From Rubrivivax sp. (GTDB taxonomy: Bacteria; Pseudomonadota; Gammaproteobacteria; Burkholderiales; Burkholderiaceae_C): 56,824 nucleotides of DNA. A program made the position numbers and the translations under genes. Shown here one piece after another: positions 37,412 through 46,450 of the stretch (its first letter is position 1; the number at the start of each line of letters is the position of its first letter). The notes below the pieces were generated by a model. The model was not told the origin of the DNA, did not search any database, and worked only from the letters and a program-made list of their open reading frames with translations. The DNA lies in NCBI GenBank assembly GCA_031418855.1, contig JANOJR010000260.1, forward strand, positions 1 through 56,824, written 5' to 3'.

Positions 37412-37474
37412 TGGACTACCCTCCGCGCCAAGCGCTGCGGGGCTATGAGCCTTGGGAGCGGCCCGGCGGCTCAT
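37412..37474 (-). repeat. 63-bp in-frame gene-junction element (ATGAGCCGCCGGGCCGCTCCCAAGG...GCGGAGGGTAGTCCA)
   Basis: Bounded by ATGA and GTGA and carries its own RBS. Resembles, from memory, a dispersed intergenic repeat of Rubrivivax/Ideonella-like genomes. Single copy here. Confidence 0.55.
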
Positions 37475-38337
37475 GAAAGCCAACGCTTGCGGCGCTTGTA
37501 ATGCTTCACATCGCGAAAGCTTAAGCGCGCTTCCTCGCCGGCGTTGCGCCCGAGGTAGAAGCGCTGCACGTCGGCATCGGCGCGCAAGGTCTCGCTGCTG
37601 CCGTTGAGCACGATGCGGCCGTTCTCCATGATGTAGCCGTAGTCGGCGGTCTCGAGTGCGAGGCGCGCGTTTTGCTCGACGATCAGCATGGCCACCTTTT
37701 GTTCGCTGTTGATCCTGCGAATGATCTCGAAGATGTCCGCCACGATCAGCGGCGCGAGGCCCAGCGACGGCTCGTCGAGCAGCATCAGGCGCGGCCGGCC
37801 GACGAGGGCGCGGCCGATGGCCAGCATCTGTTGCTCGCCGCCCGACAGATAGCCCGCGAGCTGGCGCCGGCGCTGTGCCAGGCACGGGAAGTAGCCGAAG
37901 GCCAGGTCGAGATCCGCTGCTTGGCCGTCGGCGCGGCCCTTGAGCGCGGCCGTCGCCGCCTTCAGGTTCTCCTCCACTGTGAGGTCCTCGAAGACATGGC
38001 GGCCCTCGCGAACGTGGGCCATGCCGGCGCGCGCGAGTTGGTGCGCGGCGCGCGAGACGATGTCGTGGCCAAAGAAGGTGAGGCGACCGCCGGCCACACG
38101 CCCGTTTTCCATCGGCAGGATGCCCGAGGCGGCCTTCAGCACCGTCGTCTTGCCGGCCCCGTTCGAGCCGAGCAATGCCACCATCTTGCCGTCGGGCACT
38201 TCGATGGACAGGCCGCGCAAGGCCTGGATGCTGTGGTGGTAGACGACCTCGAGGTTCTCGATCGCCAAGGCGCTTGGCGCCGTTCGTGATGTCTCGCGCG
38301 GCGCGGCGGGCGTGGCGATGTTCAGACCCTGATCCAT
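37471..38337 (-). CDS. ABC transporter ATP-binding protein (LivF-like)
   Basis: GSNGAGKT, LSGGEQQ, LLDEPSLGL. Confidence 0.93.
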   Translation of the reverse strand: MDQGLNIATPAAPRETSRTAPSALAIENLEVVYHHSIQALRGLSIEVPDGKMVALLGSNGAGKTTVLKAASGILPMENGRVAGGRLTFFGHDIVSRAAHQLARAGMAHVREGRHVFEDLTVEENLKAATAALKGRADGQAADLDLAFGYFPCLAQRRRQLAGYLSGGEQQMLAIGRALVGRPRLMLLDEPSLGLAPLIVADIFEIIRRINSEQKVAMLIVEQNARLALETADYGYIMENGRIVLNGSSETLRADADVQRFYLGRNAGEEARLSFRDVKHYKRRKRWLS

Positions 38338-39530
38338 CCGCTGGCAGGCTCCATCCGTTTGGAAGCCGGGTCATAGCTGTAGACGCGGCCCGACTTGATC
38401 TGGTGCTCGCTCAGGTCGACCAGCAGCCCGGTGAGGCCGCCGGTGTCCCAGTCCTTGATCGATTCCAGCGCGGCCTTCATGTTGGGCAGGGTCAGCTTCT
38501 TGTTCGCCTTGATGCAGCGCTCGGCCACCTCGCAGAAGATCATGCCCGTGAGCCAGGCGTGGATGTAGAAGACCGAGATCGATTCCTGCTGCGGGCGAAC
38601 CTTGGCGACGTACTCGCGCATGGTCGTCATCATCTTGGAGTCGGTGTCGTAGCCGTAGCGGTAGGGCATGACGCCGGTGAGCCGCTCACCATTTTTGGCC
38701 AGCGCCTCGTACATGATGCGATCGAGGCCGTAAGTGGTCGACATCACCTGTGCGTTCAAGCCCGCCTCGCGCATCTGGCGCACGAATTCCGGCACCGGGT
38801 TCATGATGTAGCCCTGAAAAATCACGATGTCTGGCCGCGAGCGGCGCAGCTTCGCGACTTCGGAGGTCACGTCCACGCCGGTGGGCTTGGTGACGATTTC
38901 CTGCACGATGGGAAGCCCCAGTTTCGCCGCCCGCGCTTTCGAATGCGGAATCGCCTCGTTGCCGAACTCCTGGTCGGAGTGGACCAGCGCGATCTTCGGC
39001 TTCTCGCTGCCCTTTGAGACCCGGCCGATGTATTCCATCAGGATTTCATGGGTGGCGCCGAAGGTTGGTCCCGACAGGAAGTGGTGCGGGTAAGCGGCCC
39101 GGTCGAGCAGCGCCTCCGACGACGAGAAGCCGCCGCTCATCACCGTGCCGGTGGCGAGTACATCGCGCGCCACGGCCTTGGACAGAGGTGTGCCGTCGAG
39201 GAAGATGAACGACGGTTTGTCCGAGGCGATCATCTTCTTCACAACCGCCACGCCCTGGTCGACCTTGTAGGCGCTGTCTTCGCCGACATAGCGGATCTTG
39301 TGTCCGAGGATGCCGCCGTTCTGGTTGCGCCAGTTGATGTAGTCGCCCATGGCGTTGTTGCTGGCGACGCCCGCGAACGACATGAAGCCGGTCATGGGGT
39401 GTGCGGCGCCGATCACGACCTCGGCTTTCGCCTGGGCGAACGCGGGTCGCCATGCGCCCACGCCCAGTACGGCGGCGGCGCCGCTTGCTTTCAACGCTTG
39501 TGTCAACACTTGTCTGCGGTTTTGCGTCAT
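38322..39530 (-). CDS. ABC transporter substrate-binding protein (Liv-type), Tat signal
   Basis: NRRQVL...AFA signal, NGGILGHKI...EDSAY. GGAG RBS before ATG 39530. Confidence 0.9.
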   Translation of the reverse strand: MTQNRRQVLTQALKASGAAAVLGVGAWRPAFAQAKAEVVIGAAHPMTGFMSFAGVASNNAMGDYINWRNQNGGILGHKIRYVGEDSAYKVDQGVAVVKKMIASDKPSFIFLDGTPLSKAVARDVLATGTVMSGGFSSSEALLDRAAYPHHFLSGPTFGATHEILMEYIGRVSKGSEKPKIALVHSDQEFGNEAIPHSKARAAKLGLPIVQEIVTKPTGVDVTSEVAKLRRSRPDIVIFQGYIMNPVPEFVRQMREAGLNAQVMSTTYGLDRIMYEALAKNGERLTGVMPYRYGYDTDSKMMTTMREYVAKVRPQQESISVFYIHAWLTGMIFCEVAERCIKANKKLTLPNMKAALESIKDWDTGGLTGLLVDLSEHQIKSGRVYSYDPASKRMEPASGWIRV

Positions 39531-39580
39531 GGTGGTCTCCAGTGGGTTGCGATGGGCGTGGCGAATGTGTTCAGACCCTT

Positions 39581-40621
39581 TTAGGTCTTGAAGGGCCACA
39601 GGTGGAAAGCGCGCCTCACGCGGGCCCACACCTGGGCCAGGCCGTGAGGCTCGAAGATGAGGAACGCGATGATCAGCACGCCGAACACGACCTGCCCCAT
39701 CGGCAGCAGCAGGTTCGCAAGCGCCGGCAGCGAGCCCGAAAGCGCGCTCGACACAAGGCGCAGCGACTCGGGCACGAAGGTCATGAACACGGCGCCCAGG
39801 ACGCTGCCCAGGACGCGGCCGAGGCCGCCGACGATGATCGCGGCGACATAGAACACCGACAGGCTGAAGGTGAAATATTCGGAGGTGATCGCGCCATAAA
39901 AGTAGCCCAGCAGGCCGCCCGCGACGCCGGCGTAGAACGCCCCGAGCATGAACGCCAGCACCTTGTAGCGCAGCAGGTTCACGCCCAGGATCTCGGCCGA
40001 GATGTCGCGGTCGCGCACGGCGACGAAGGCGCGACCGACGTAGCTGCGCGTGACGTTTGCTGCGGCCAGCCCGAGCAGCAGCGCGCACGCGAAGATCGGG
40101 TAGAACATGCGGCGGTCGCCGCTGAGTTGCATGCCAAGGAAGCTGGCCTGGGGAATCGTCACGCCGCGCGGCCCGCCCGTGACCGGCGTCCATTCGCGGA
40201 ACAGGAAACTCAACACGAAGTGCGCCGCCAGTGTCGCGATGGCGAAGTACATGCCCTTGACGCGCAGGCTCGGCAGCCCGACCAGCATGCCTATCGCCGC
40301 GGCGAGCGCGCCGGCAAGCGGCAACGCGATCCAGAACGGCAGGCCCCATTTGGCGAACCAGGAGACGGCGTAGCACCCGACGCCCATGAACGCGGCCTGG
40401 CTGAGTGAGATCAAGCCGGCGCTGCCGGTGGTGATATTGAGGCCCATCGTCGCGACGAGGTGGATGCCGACGATGCACGCCATGGCGACCACATAGTCCG
40501 ATCCCCACACAGGCAAGAGCGCGACAGCGAGGATGAAGAGGGCCATCCAGGCGCGTGACGCGGGCGAGTCCCACAGCTGCTCCTCGCCGCGGTAGTTTTC
40601 GAAATAGACGCCCGTGCGCAT
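39581..40621 (-). CDS. ABC transporter permease (LivM-like)
   Basis: GLNITTGSAGLISL, YFAIATL, GRAFVAVRD, IIVGGLG. Confidence 0.92.
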   Translation of the reverse strand: MRTGVYFENYRGEEQLWDSPASRAWMALFILAVALLPVWGSDYVVAMACIVGIHLVATMGLNITTGSAGLISLSQAAFMGVGCYAVSWFAKWGLPFWIALPLAGALAAAIGMLVGLPSLRVKGMYFAIATLAAHFVLSFLFREWTPVTGGPRGVTIPQASFLGMQLSGDRRMFYPIFACALLLGLAAANVTRSYVGRAFVAVRDRDISAEILGVNLLRYKVLAFMLGAFYAGVAGGLLGYFYGAITSEYFTFSLSVFYVAAIIVGGLGRVLGSVLGAVFMTFVPESLRLVSSALSGSLPALANLLLPMGQVVFGVLIIAFLIFEPHGLAQVWARVRRAFHLWPFKT

Positions 40622-41502
40622 CAGAGTCTTTCGATCTCGCGCGTGCCGAGCAGGCCGTAGGGCCGCACGATCAGCATCGCGAGCACCACCAGGTAGGGAA
40701 ACACGTCGCGCATCTTGCCGCCGATGTAGCCCACCGTCAGGCTCTCCAGCACGCCGACGATCAGGCTGGCGAGAATCGCGCCCGCCACACTGTCGAGCCC
40801 GCCGAGAATGACCACCGCAAAGACGCTGAGCGCGCTGGCGGCGAGGGCCGGCGACACGCTGCCCGAGCTCGCGATGAGCGCGCCTGCGACGGTACCGGTC
40901 ACGCCGGAAAGCATCCATGTCATGCGCTGGGAAGCGCGGATGTCGACGCCCAGCGTCGCGGCGGTGACAGGGTCGCTCGCCGTCGCACGCATCGCGATGC
41001 CCGCGCGCGAGAAGCGGAAGAAGGCCACCAGCGCTGCGATGAGCGCGCTGGCGACGACGAAGTTGCCTATTGCCGCGCCTGGAATCATGACTTCGCCCCA
41101 GTTCACCGGAAAGCGGGGCAGCAACGCGGGCGTTTCCAGCGGGTCGTGGCCCCAGATGATTTCGACACCGCCATGCAGCAGGCTCGCCATGCCGATGGTC
41201 GCCATCAGGATGGCGATGGTCGGCTGGCCCGCCAGCGGGCGCAACACCAGCGCCTCGATCGCCACGCTGACCAGCGCGATGCCCACGAGCGCAAGCAGCA
41301 GCGCAATGGCGGGCGGCATCCTGAGGACGACGGCGGCGGTGTAGTAGAGGTAGGCGCCAAGCATCATGACCTCGCCTGCGGCGAAGTTCACCACGCGCGT
41401 GCCCTTGTAGACGAGCACGAAGCTGAGCGCCATCAGCGCGGAGATGCCACTGGCCAGCAGGCCCAGCAGCGTGAACTCGGTGAAGATGTAGACGTTGGTC
41501 AT
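40621..41502 (-). CDS. ABC transporter permease (LivH-like)
   Basis: VVNFAAGE, GIAMRATA, VILGGLDS, RPYGLLG. Confidence 0.92.
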   Translation of the reverse strand: MTNVYIFTEFTLLGLLASGISALMALSFVLVYKGTRVVNFAAGEVMMLGAYLYYTAAVVLRMPPAIALLLALVGIALVSVAIEALVLRPLAGQPTIAILMATIGMASLLHGGVEIIWGHDPLETPALLPRFPVNWGEVMIPGAAIGNFVVASALIAALVAFFRFSRAGIAMRATASDPVTAATLGVDIRASQRMTWMLSGVTGTVAGALIASSGSVSPALAASALSVFAVVILGGLDSVAGAILASLIVGVLESLTVGYIGGKMRDVFPYLVVLAMLIVRPYGLLGTREIERL

Positions 41503-42335
41503 GCGACGGCCACGGTCTGCACGTCGGCGGTCTCGCCGCCAAGGTAGGCCTTCACCACCTCGGGGTCGCGCGCCACCTGCGCGGGCGTGCCTTGCGCGAT
41601 GAGTTCGCCAAAGTTCAGCACGGCCACGTGATGCGAGATGTCCATCACCATGCCCATGTCGTGCTCGACCAGCACGACCGTGACGCCCCATTCCTCCTGC
41701 ACGTCCAGGATGAAGCGCGCCATGTCTTCTGTTTCTTCGCGGTTCATGCCCGCCACGGGCTCGTCGAGCAACAGCACCGATGGGCGCATGGCCAGTCCAC
41801 GCGCGAGTTCCACGCGCTTTTGCAGGCCGTACGACAGCGCCTCCACCGGCTTGTGGCGCACGTTGTCGAGCTCGAGGAAGTCGATGACGCGGCTCTCCAC
41901 TTCCGCTCGCAGCGCCAGCTCCTCGCGCCGCGCCGCCGGCATACCGAAGAGCGCGGCCAAGGGCCCCGCGCGCATCAGGTGATGCCCGCCCAGCTTGATG
42001 TTCTCCAGCACGCTCAGGCCGCGGAACAGGGCGACGTTCTGAAACGTGCGCGCCAGGCCCATGCCGGCGCGCGCGTGTACCGGCGTCGCCGTGATGTCCA
42101 CGCCGCCGAGGAACACACGGCCGGCGTCGGGCTTGTAGAAGCCCGAGATGGTGTTGAAGAGGCTGGTCTTGCCCGCGCCATTGGGGCCGATCACGGCCGT
42201 GATCTTTCCGGCCGGCGCCGTCATGGAGACGCCACGCAATGCGTGGATGCCGCCAAACGATACGGCGATGCCCTGCACCGCAAGGTTGCGGGCGCCGTCC
42301 GGTGCATTCATGGAGCCTGCGCCCGCAGGGTTCAT
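41499..42335 (-). CDS. ABC transporter ATP-binding protein (LivG-like)
   Basis: GPNGAGKT, RTFQN, LSYG, LLDEPVAG, VEHDM. Confidence 0.93.
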   Translation of the reverse strand: MNPAGAGSMNAPDGARNLAVQGIAVSFGGIHALRGVSMTAPAGKITAVIGPNGAGKTSLFNTISGFYKPDAGRVFLGGVDITATPVHARAGMGLARTFQNVALFRGLSVLENIKLGGHHLMRAGPLAALFGMPAARREELALRAEVESRVIDFLELDNVRHKPVEALSYGLQKRVELARGLAMRPSVLLLDEPVAGMNREETEDMARFILDVQEEWGVTVVLVEHDMGMVMDISHHVAVLNFGELIAQGTPAQVARDPEVVKAYLGGETADVQTVAVA

Positions 42336-43156
42336 GCCGCCTGCGCGGACAGGCTGCGCTGCGCGGCGTTAAGAAGCGCGGGGCCTTCCAGGTAATGACC
42401 GCCGTCGACGACCAGCACCGTGCCAGTGATGAACGAGCCGAGCGGCGACGCGAGGAACACCGCAGCGTGCCCGATGTCATCCGTGGTGCCCAGGCGTGCC
42501 AGCGGCGTGGTGGCCATCACCGCATCGAGCACGGGACCTTGCGCGAGGCGCTGCGTGCCTTCTGTGTCCCCGATGTAGCCCGGCGCGATGCTGTTGGCGC
42601 GGATGCCATGGCGGCCCCACTCGAGTGCGAGGTTTTTCATCAACGCGTCGATGCCGGCCTTGGCCGCTGCCGCATGGGCCTGGTGCGAGTAGGGCAGCCA
42701 CGCCAGGCCGGCGGAAATGAAGATCAGCGAACCGCGCGTGGCCTTGAGCTGGTCGAGCGCGCAGCGCGCGACGTTGAAGGATCCCAGCAGGTCGATATCG
42801 ACCACCGTCTTGAATCCGTTCGGCGAGAGCTTCTCGGCTTCGCAGATGAAATTGCCGGCGGCGCCGGAGATGACGACATCGGCCGGGCCGAGTTCGGCCT
42901 TGCTGCGCGCCAGCGCGGCCGCAACGGCCGCCGGGTCGCGCACGTCTGCCGACACCGGCAACACCTTGGCACCGAGCGCGCGCAAGGCTTCGCTGGCGCG
43001 CTCTAGTTTGCTGATGTCGCGGCTGCAGATGGCGATGTTGGCGCCCAGGGCGGCGAAGTTTCGCGCGATGCCCAGGTTGATGCCGCTGCCGCCCCCGGTG
43101 ATGAAGGCCGTTTTGCCGCGGAACAGGTCGCGCGGAAATACGTCTGCAATCTGCAT
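42332..43156 (-). CDS. SDR, peroxisomal-type 2,4-dienoyl-CoA reductase-like
   Basis: TGGGSGIN, GAAGNF, LSPNGFKTVVDIDL, HAAAAKAG. AGGAG RBS. Confidence 0.88.
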   Translation of the reverse strand: MQIADVFPRDLFRGKTAFITGGGSGINLGIARNFAALGANIAICSRDISKLERASEALRALGAKVLPVSADVRDPAAVAAALARSKAELGPADVVISGAAGNFICEAEKLSPNGFKTVVDIDLLGSFNVARCALDQLKATRGSLIFISAGLAWLPYSHQAHAAAAKAGIDALMKNLALEWGRHGIRANSIAPGYIGDTEGTQRLAQGPVLDAVMATTPLARLGTTDDIGHAAVFLASPLGSFITGTVLVVDGGHYLEGPALLNAAQRSLSAQAA

Positions 43157-43180
43157 TGATTGGTCTCCTGCTTGCGGGCG

Positions 43181-43245
43181 ATGATGGGCGGCGCATCGCA
43201 AGGGCGCAATTGAGTAATTCTTGGGGTCGGTCGAATTCCGCTCAA
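43181..43245 (-). promoter_or_regulatory. Putative LysR-activated promoter
   Basis: Minus strand TTGAGC-GGA-ATTCGA, second site AGAATTACTCAA, then TTGCGC-N17-CATCAT. Confidence 0.5.
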
Positions 43246-43418
43246 CCCACAGAAAAAGAAATCGATTGAAGTGCTGCGGCGCCAGCGGTTGAATGCGCGG
43301 ATGCTTTTGACCGACGGCCGCCTTTGACCGATGACCCGAAGGCGCTGCAGGAAAGCGCGCGCCAGTTCGCGCGCAAGCGCATCGGCCGCGTGGCCGTGCA
43401 GTATTGAAGGGGCAGCGC

Positions 43419-44204
43419 ATGACGTCTTCGTTGGCCAGCAGTTTCGAGGACGGCCTGGCCGTGCTCACGCTGACACAAGCGCAGCGTGGCAATCCGCTGG
43501 ACCGTGCGCTCATCGATGAGATCAAGGAGCGCGTGCTCTGGCTGTGGCAATGCGAGGGCCTGCGTTGCGTGCTGCTGCGCGCGCAGGGCCGCGACTTCAG
43601 CTTCGGCGGCGATCTTCGCTCGTTCGATGCGCCGGCGGGTGGCCTGCCCGCGCTGGTGCACGCGTGGACCAGCGACCTGCACATGGCGCTGCAGCGGCTT
43701 TGGGCGCTGCCGGTGCCGCTCGTCGCACAGGTGCAGGGCGCCGTGATGGGCGGCTCGCTATCGCTCGTGGCAGGCTGCGACGTCGTCGTCGCCGCGCAGG
43801 ACAGCCGCTTTGGCTCGGCCTTCGCGCGCATCGGCCTGAGCTGCGATTCGGGCACGAGCGCGACCCTCAGCGCACGCATGGGCATGGCACGCGCGCGCCG
43901 GTTCGTAATGCTGGCCGAGGTGCTTGACAGCGCATCCGCCCAGGCTGCCGGCCTGGTGGACGTGGTCGTGCCGGGCGAACGGCTGGTCGAGGAAGCCGGC
44001 ACGATTGCCCGCCAGCTCGCCCGGGGGCCGACCCGAGCCTATGGCGAGATCAAGCGTTTGTTTATGCGCGCCGGTGCATCGCAGCTTCAGTCGCAACTGG
44101 AGGAAGAGGCGCTCGCCATCGCCCGGGTCGCGGCGACCCAGGACGCGGCGGAGGGCATCGCAGCGCTGCTGGCCAAACGGCCTGCCGAGTTCAAGGGCCG
44201 CTGA
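43419..44204 (+). CDS. Enoyl-CoA hydratase/isomerase (PaaG-like motif)
   Basis: FSFGGD, MGGSLSLVAGCD, IGLSCDSG, KRPAEFKGR. Confidence 0.9.
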   Translation: MTSSLASSFEDGLAVLTLTQAQRGNPLDRALIDEIKERVLWLWQCEGLRCVLLRAQGRDFSFGGDLRSFDAPAGGLPALVHAWTSDLHMALQRLWALPVPLVAQVQGAVMGGSLSLVAGCDVVVAAQDSRFGSAFARIGLSCDSGTSATLSARMGMARARRFVMLAEVLDSASAQAAGLVDVVVPGERLVEEAGTIARQLARGPTRAYGEIKRLFMRAGASQLQSQLEEEALAIARVAATQDAAEGIAALLAKRPAEFKGR

Positions 44205-44223
44205 GCGCGCCGCAGGCTGCGGG

Positions 44224-45150
44224 CTACGCCTTGGCGGCCGGCGGCAAGGCTTCGTTGAACGCTGCGCACTGTGCGCGCAGCCACTCGCGAAAGATCGTCA
44301 TCTGTGGCGTGAGCCGTCGGCTCTCGGGGTAGATCAGGTAGTACGTGAACTCGCCCCGGTCGAGGTAGCGGTCGAACGGGCGCACCAGCCTCCCGGCGGC
44401 GATGTCGTCTTGCACCAGCGCCATCTGCGCCATCGCAAAGCCCTGGCCCTCGAGGGCAGCCTGGTAGCTCAGCGCCGAACTTTCGAAGTACAGAAAGCTG
44501 AAATCATCCAGTGTGGCCACGCCCTGCGCGGCCAGCCACGCCGGCCAGTCGTCGCGGCGCTCCGGCCAGGTCGATTGCAGCAGCACGTGCTGCATGAGGT
44601 CGGCCGGCTCCTTCACCGCAGGCCCGCGTTCAAGCAGGGCCGGGCTGCAGACGGGCGCGACGATGTTGGGGATGAGCTTCTCCGCCATCGAACCGGGCCA
44701 CTCGCCCTTGCCCAGGCGAATGGCGAAATCCAGCTTCTCGCGGCTGAAGTCGACCGGGTCGTTGTTGGTCGACAGCACCAGTTCCACCGACCGGTTCTCG
44801 GCGTAGAAGCTCGACAGCCGCGGGATCAGCCAGCGCAGCGAGAACGTCGTGTAGGCGCGCAGCTTCAGCATCTCCTTGTTGGCGGGTTCTACAAGGAGGG
44901 TGGTGGCGGCGCGGATGGCATCGAATGCGGCCGACACGTCGCGAAAGTAGCGCTCGCCGGCGTCAGTCAGCGTCAGCTGGCGATGGCCGCGCAGGAACAG
45001 GTCCACGCCCAGAAACTCTTCGAGCGCACGCAATTGGTGGCTCACCGCACCCAGCGTCACATGGAGCTCGGCGGCAGCTTTGGTAGCGCTGAGGTGGCGT
45101 GCAGTCGATATGAATGAACGCAGCGCATTCAGGGGCGGCATGTTCCGCAT
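44224..45150 (-). CDS. LysR family regulator, GcvA-like
   Basis: MPPLNALRSF...AAAELHVTLGAVSHQLRALE HTH, WLIPRL, DFAIRLG. Confidence 0.93.
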   Translation of the reverse strand: MRNMPPLNALRSFISTARHLSATKAAAELHVTLGAVSHQLRALEEFLGVDLFLRGHRQLTLTDAGERYFRDVSAAFDAIRAATTLLVEPANKEMLKLRAYTTFSLRWLIPRLSSFYAENRSVELVLSTNNDPVDFSREKLDFAIRLGKGEWPGSMAEKLIPNIVAPVCSPALLERGPAVKEPADLMQHVLLQSTWPERRDDWPAWLAAQGVATLDDFSFLYFESSALSYQAALEGQGFAMAQMALVQDDIAAGRLVRPFDRYLDRGEFTYYLIYPESRRLTPQMTIFREWLRAQCAAFNEALPPAAKA

Positions 45151-45166
45151 GGTCGCAGGCGTTGGC

Positions 45167-45248
45167 TTGAATTGAATTCAATCGATGGTATGCCAATCGG
45201 CGGCGCATTTAGATTTGCTCAATCATCGGCAAAACAATTCGATTGTCA
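45167..45248. promoter_or_regulatory. Putative LysR operator region in the divergent promoter
   Basis: TTGAAT-TGA-ATTCAA (45167-45181), TTTAGATTTGCTCAA (45208-45222), ...TTCGA-TTGTCA (to 45248). Confidence 0.6.
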
Positions 45249-45279
45249 GTGTCGGCGCCCGCCACGATGCTTGCCAGCC

Positions 45280-46440
45280 ATGCAGAGCACCCACGATCCC
45301 TACCAGGACATCCGCGATGCCATTCGCGGCCTGGTCGCGCAACTTCCCGCCGACTACTTCCGCCGTATCGATGAGCAAAAGGGCTATCCCGAGGCATTCG
45401 TCGACGCGCTGACGAAGGCGGGGTGGCTTGCAGCCCTCGTCCCGACGGAGTACGGCGGCTCCGGCCTGGGCCTGGCCGAAGCGTCGGTGATCATGGAAGA
45501 GATCAACCGTTGCGGCGGCAACGCCGGCGCTTGCCATGGCCAGATGTACAACATGAACACCCTGCTGCGTCACGGCTCCAAGGCGCAGAAGGAGCGCTAC
45601 ATGCCCAGCATCGCCAGCGGCGAGCTGCGGCTGCAGTCGATGGCCGTGACCGAGCCCACGACCGGCACCGACACCACCAGGCTCAAGACCACCGCCGTCA
45701 GGAAGGGCGAGCGCTACGTCGTCAACGGCCAGAAGGTCTGGATCTCGCGCGTACAGCACTCCGAGCTGATGATCCTGCTGGCCCGCACGACGCCGCTCGA
45801 CCAGGTCAAGCGCAAGTCCGACGGCATGTCGATCTTCCTCGTGGACGTGAAGCAAGCCATGGCCAAGGGCATGACCGTGCGGCCGATCGCCAACATGGTC
45901 AACCACGAGACCAACGAGCTCTTCTTCGATAACCTGGAAGTCCCGGTGGAGAACCTGATCGGCGAGGAAGGCAAGGGCTTCAAGTACATCCTGGACGGCC
46001 TGACCGCCGAGCGCACGTTGATCGCCGCCGAGTGCATCGGCGATGCACATTGGTTCATCGAAAAAGTGGTGAAGTACGCCAGCGAGCGCATCGTCTTCGA
46101 CCGCCCGATCGGCAAGAACCAGGGCGTGCAGTTCCCGATCGCGCGGGCCTGGGTCAACCTGCAGGCCGCCGACCTGATGCGTTTCAAGGCAGCGGCATTG
46201 TTCGACGCCGGCCAGCCCTGCGGCGCCGAGGCCAACATGTCCAAGCTGCTGGCCGCCGATGTGTCGTGGGAAGCGGCAAACGCCTGCATCCAGTTCCACG
46301 GCGGTTTCGGCTTCGCCACCGAATACGACGTGGAGCGCAAGTTCCGCGAGACGCGCCTGTACCAGGTGGCGCCGATCTCCACCAACATGATCCTGTCTTA
46401 CGTTGCCGAGCATGTGCTCGGGCTGCCGCGGTCGTACTGA
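45280..46440 (+). CDS. Acyl-CoA dehydrogenase (type found in itaconate-type clusters)
   Basis: TEPTTGTDT, NGQKVWISR, QFHGGFG, ETRLYQVAPISTN. Confidence 0.92.
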   Translation: MQSTHDPYQDIRDAIRGLVAQLPADYFRRIDEQKGYPEAFVDALTKAGWLAALVPTEYGGSGLGLAEASVIMEEINRCGGNAGACHGQMYNMNTLLRHGSKAQKERYMPSIASGELRLQSMAVTEPTTGTDTTRLKTTAVRKGERYVVNGQKVWISRVQHSELMILLARTTPLDQVKRKSDGMSIFLVDVKQAMAKGMTVRPIANMVNHETNELFFDNLEVPVENLIGEEGKGFKYILDGLTAERTLIAAECIGDAHWFIEKVVKYASERIVFDRPIGKNQGVQFPIARAWVNLQAADLMRFKAAALFDAGQPCGAEANMSKLLAADVSWEAANACIQFHGGFGFATEYDVERKFRETRLYQVAPISTNMILSYVAEHVLGLPRSY

Positions 46441-46450
46441 TGGGCCTTCG

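Noticed and set aside
35564-44002. Apparent large fusion proteins in the ORF track (936, 750, 653, 619, 556 aa)
   Set aside because: The N-terminal extensions are off-frame read-through of the upstream genes. Real starts with RBS or stop/start overlaps lie internally.
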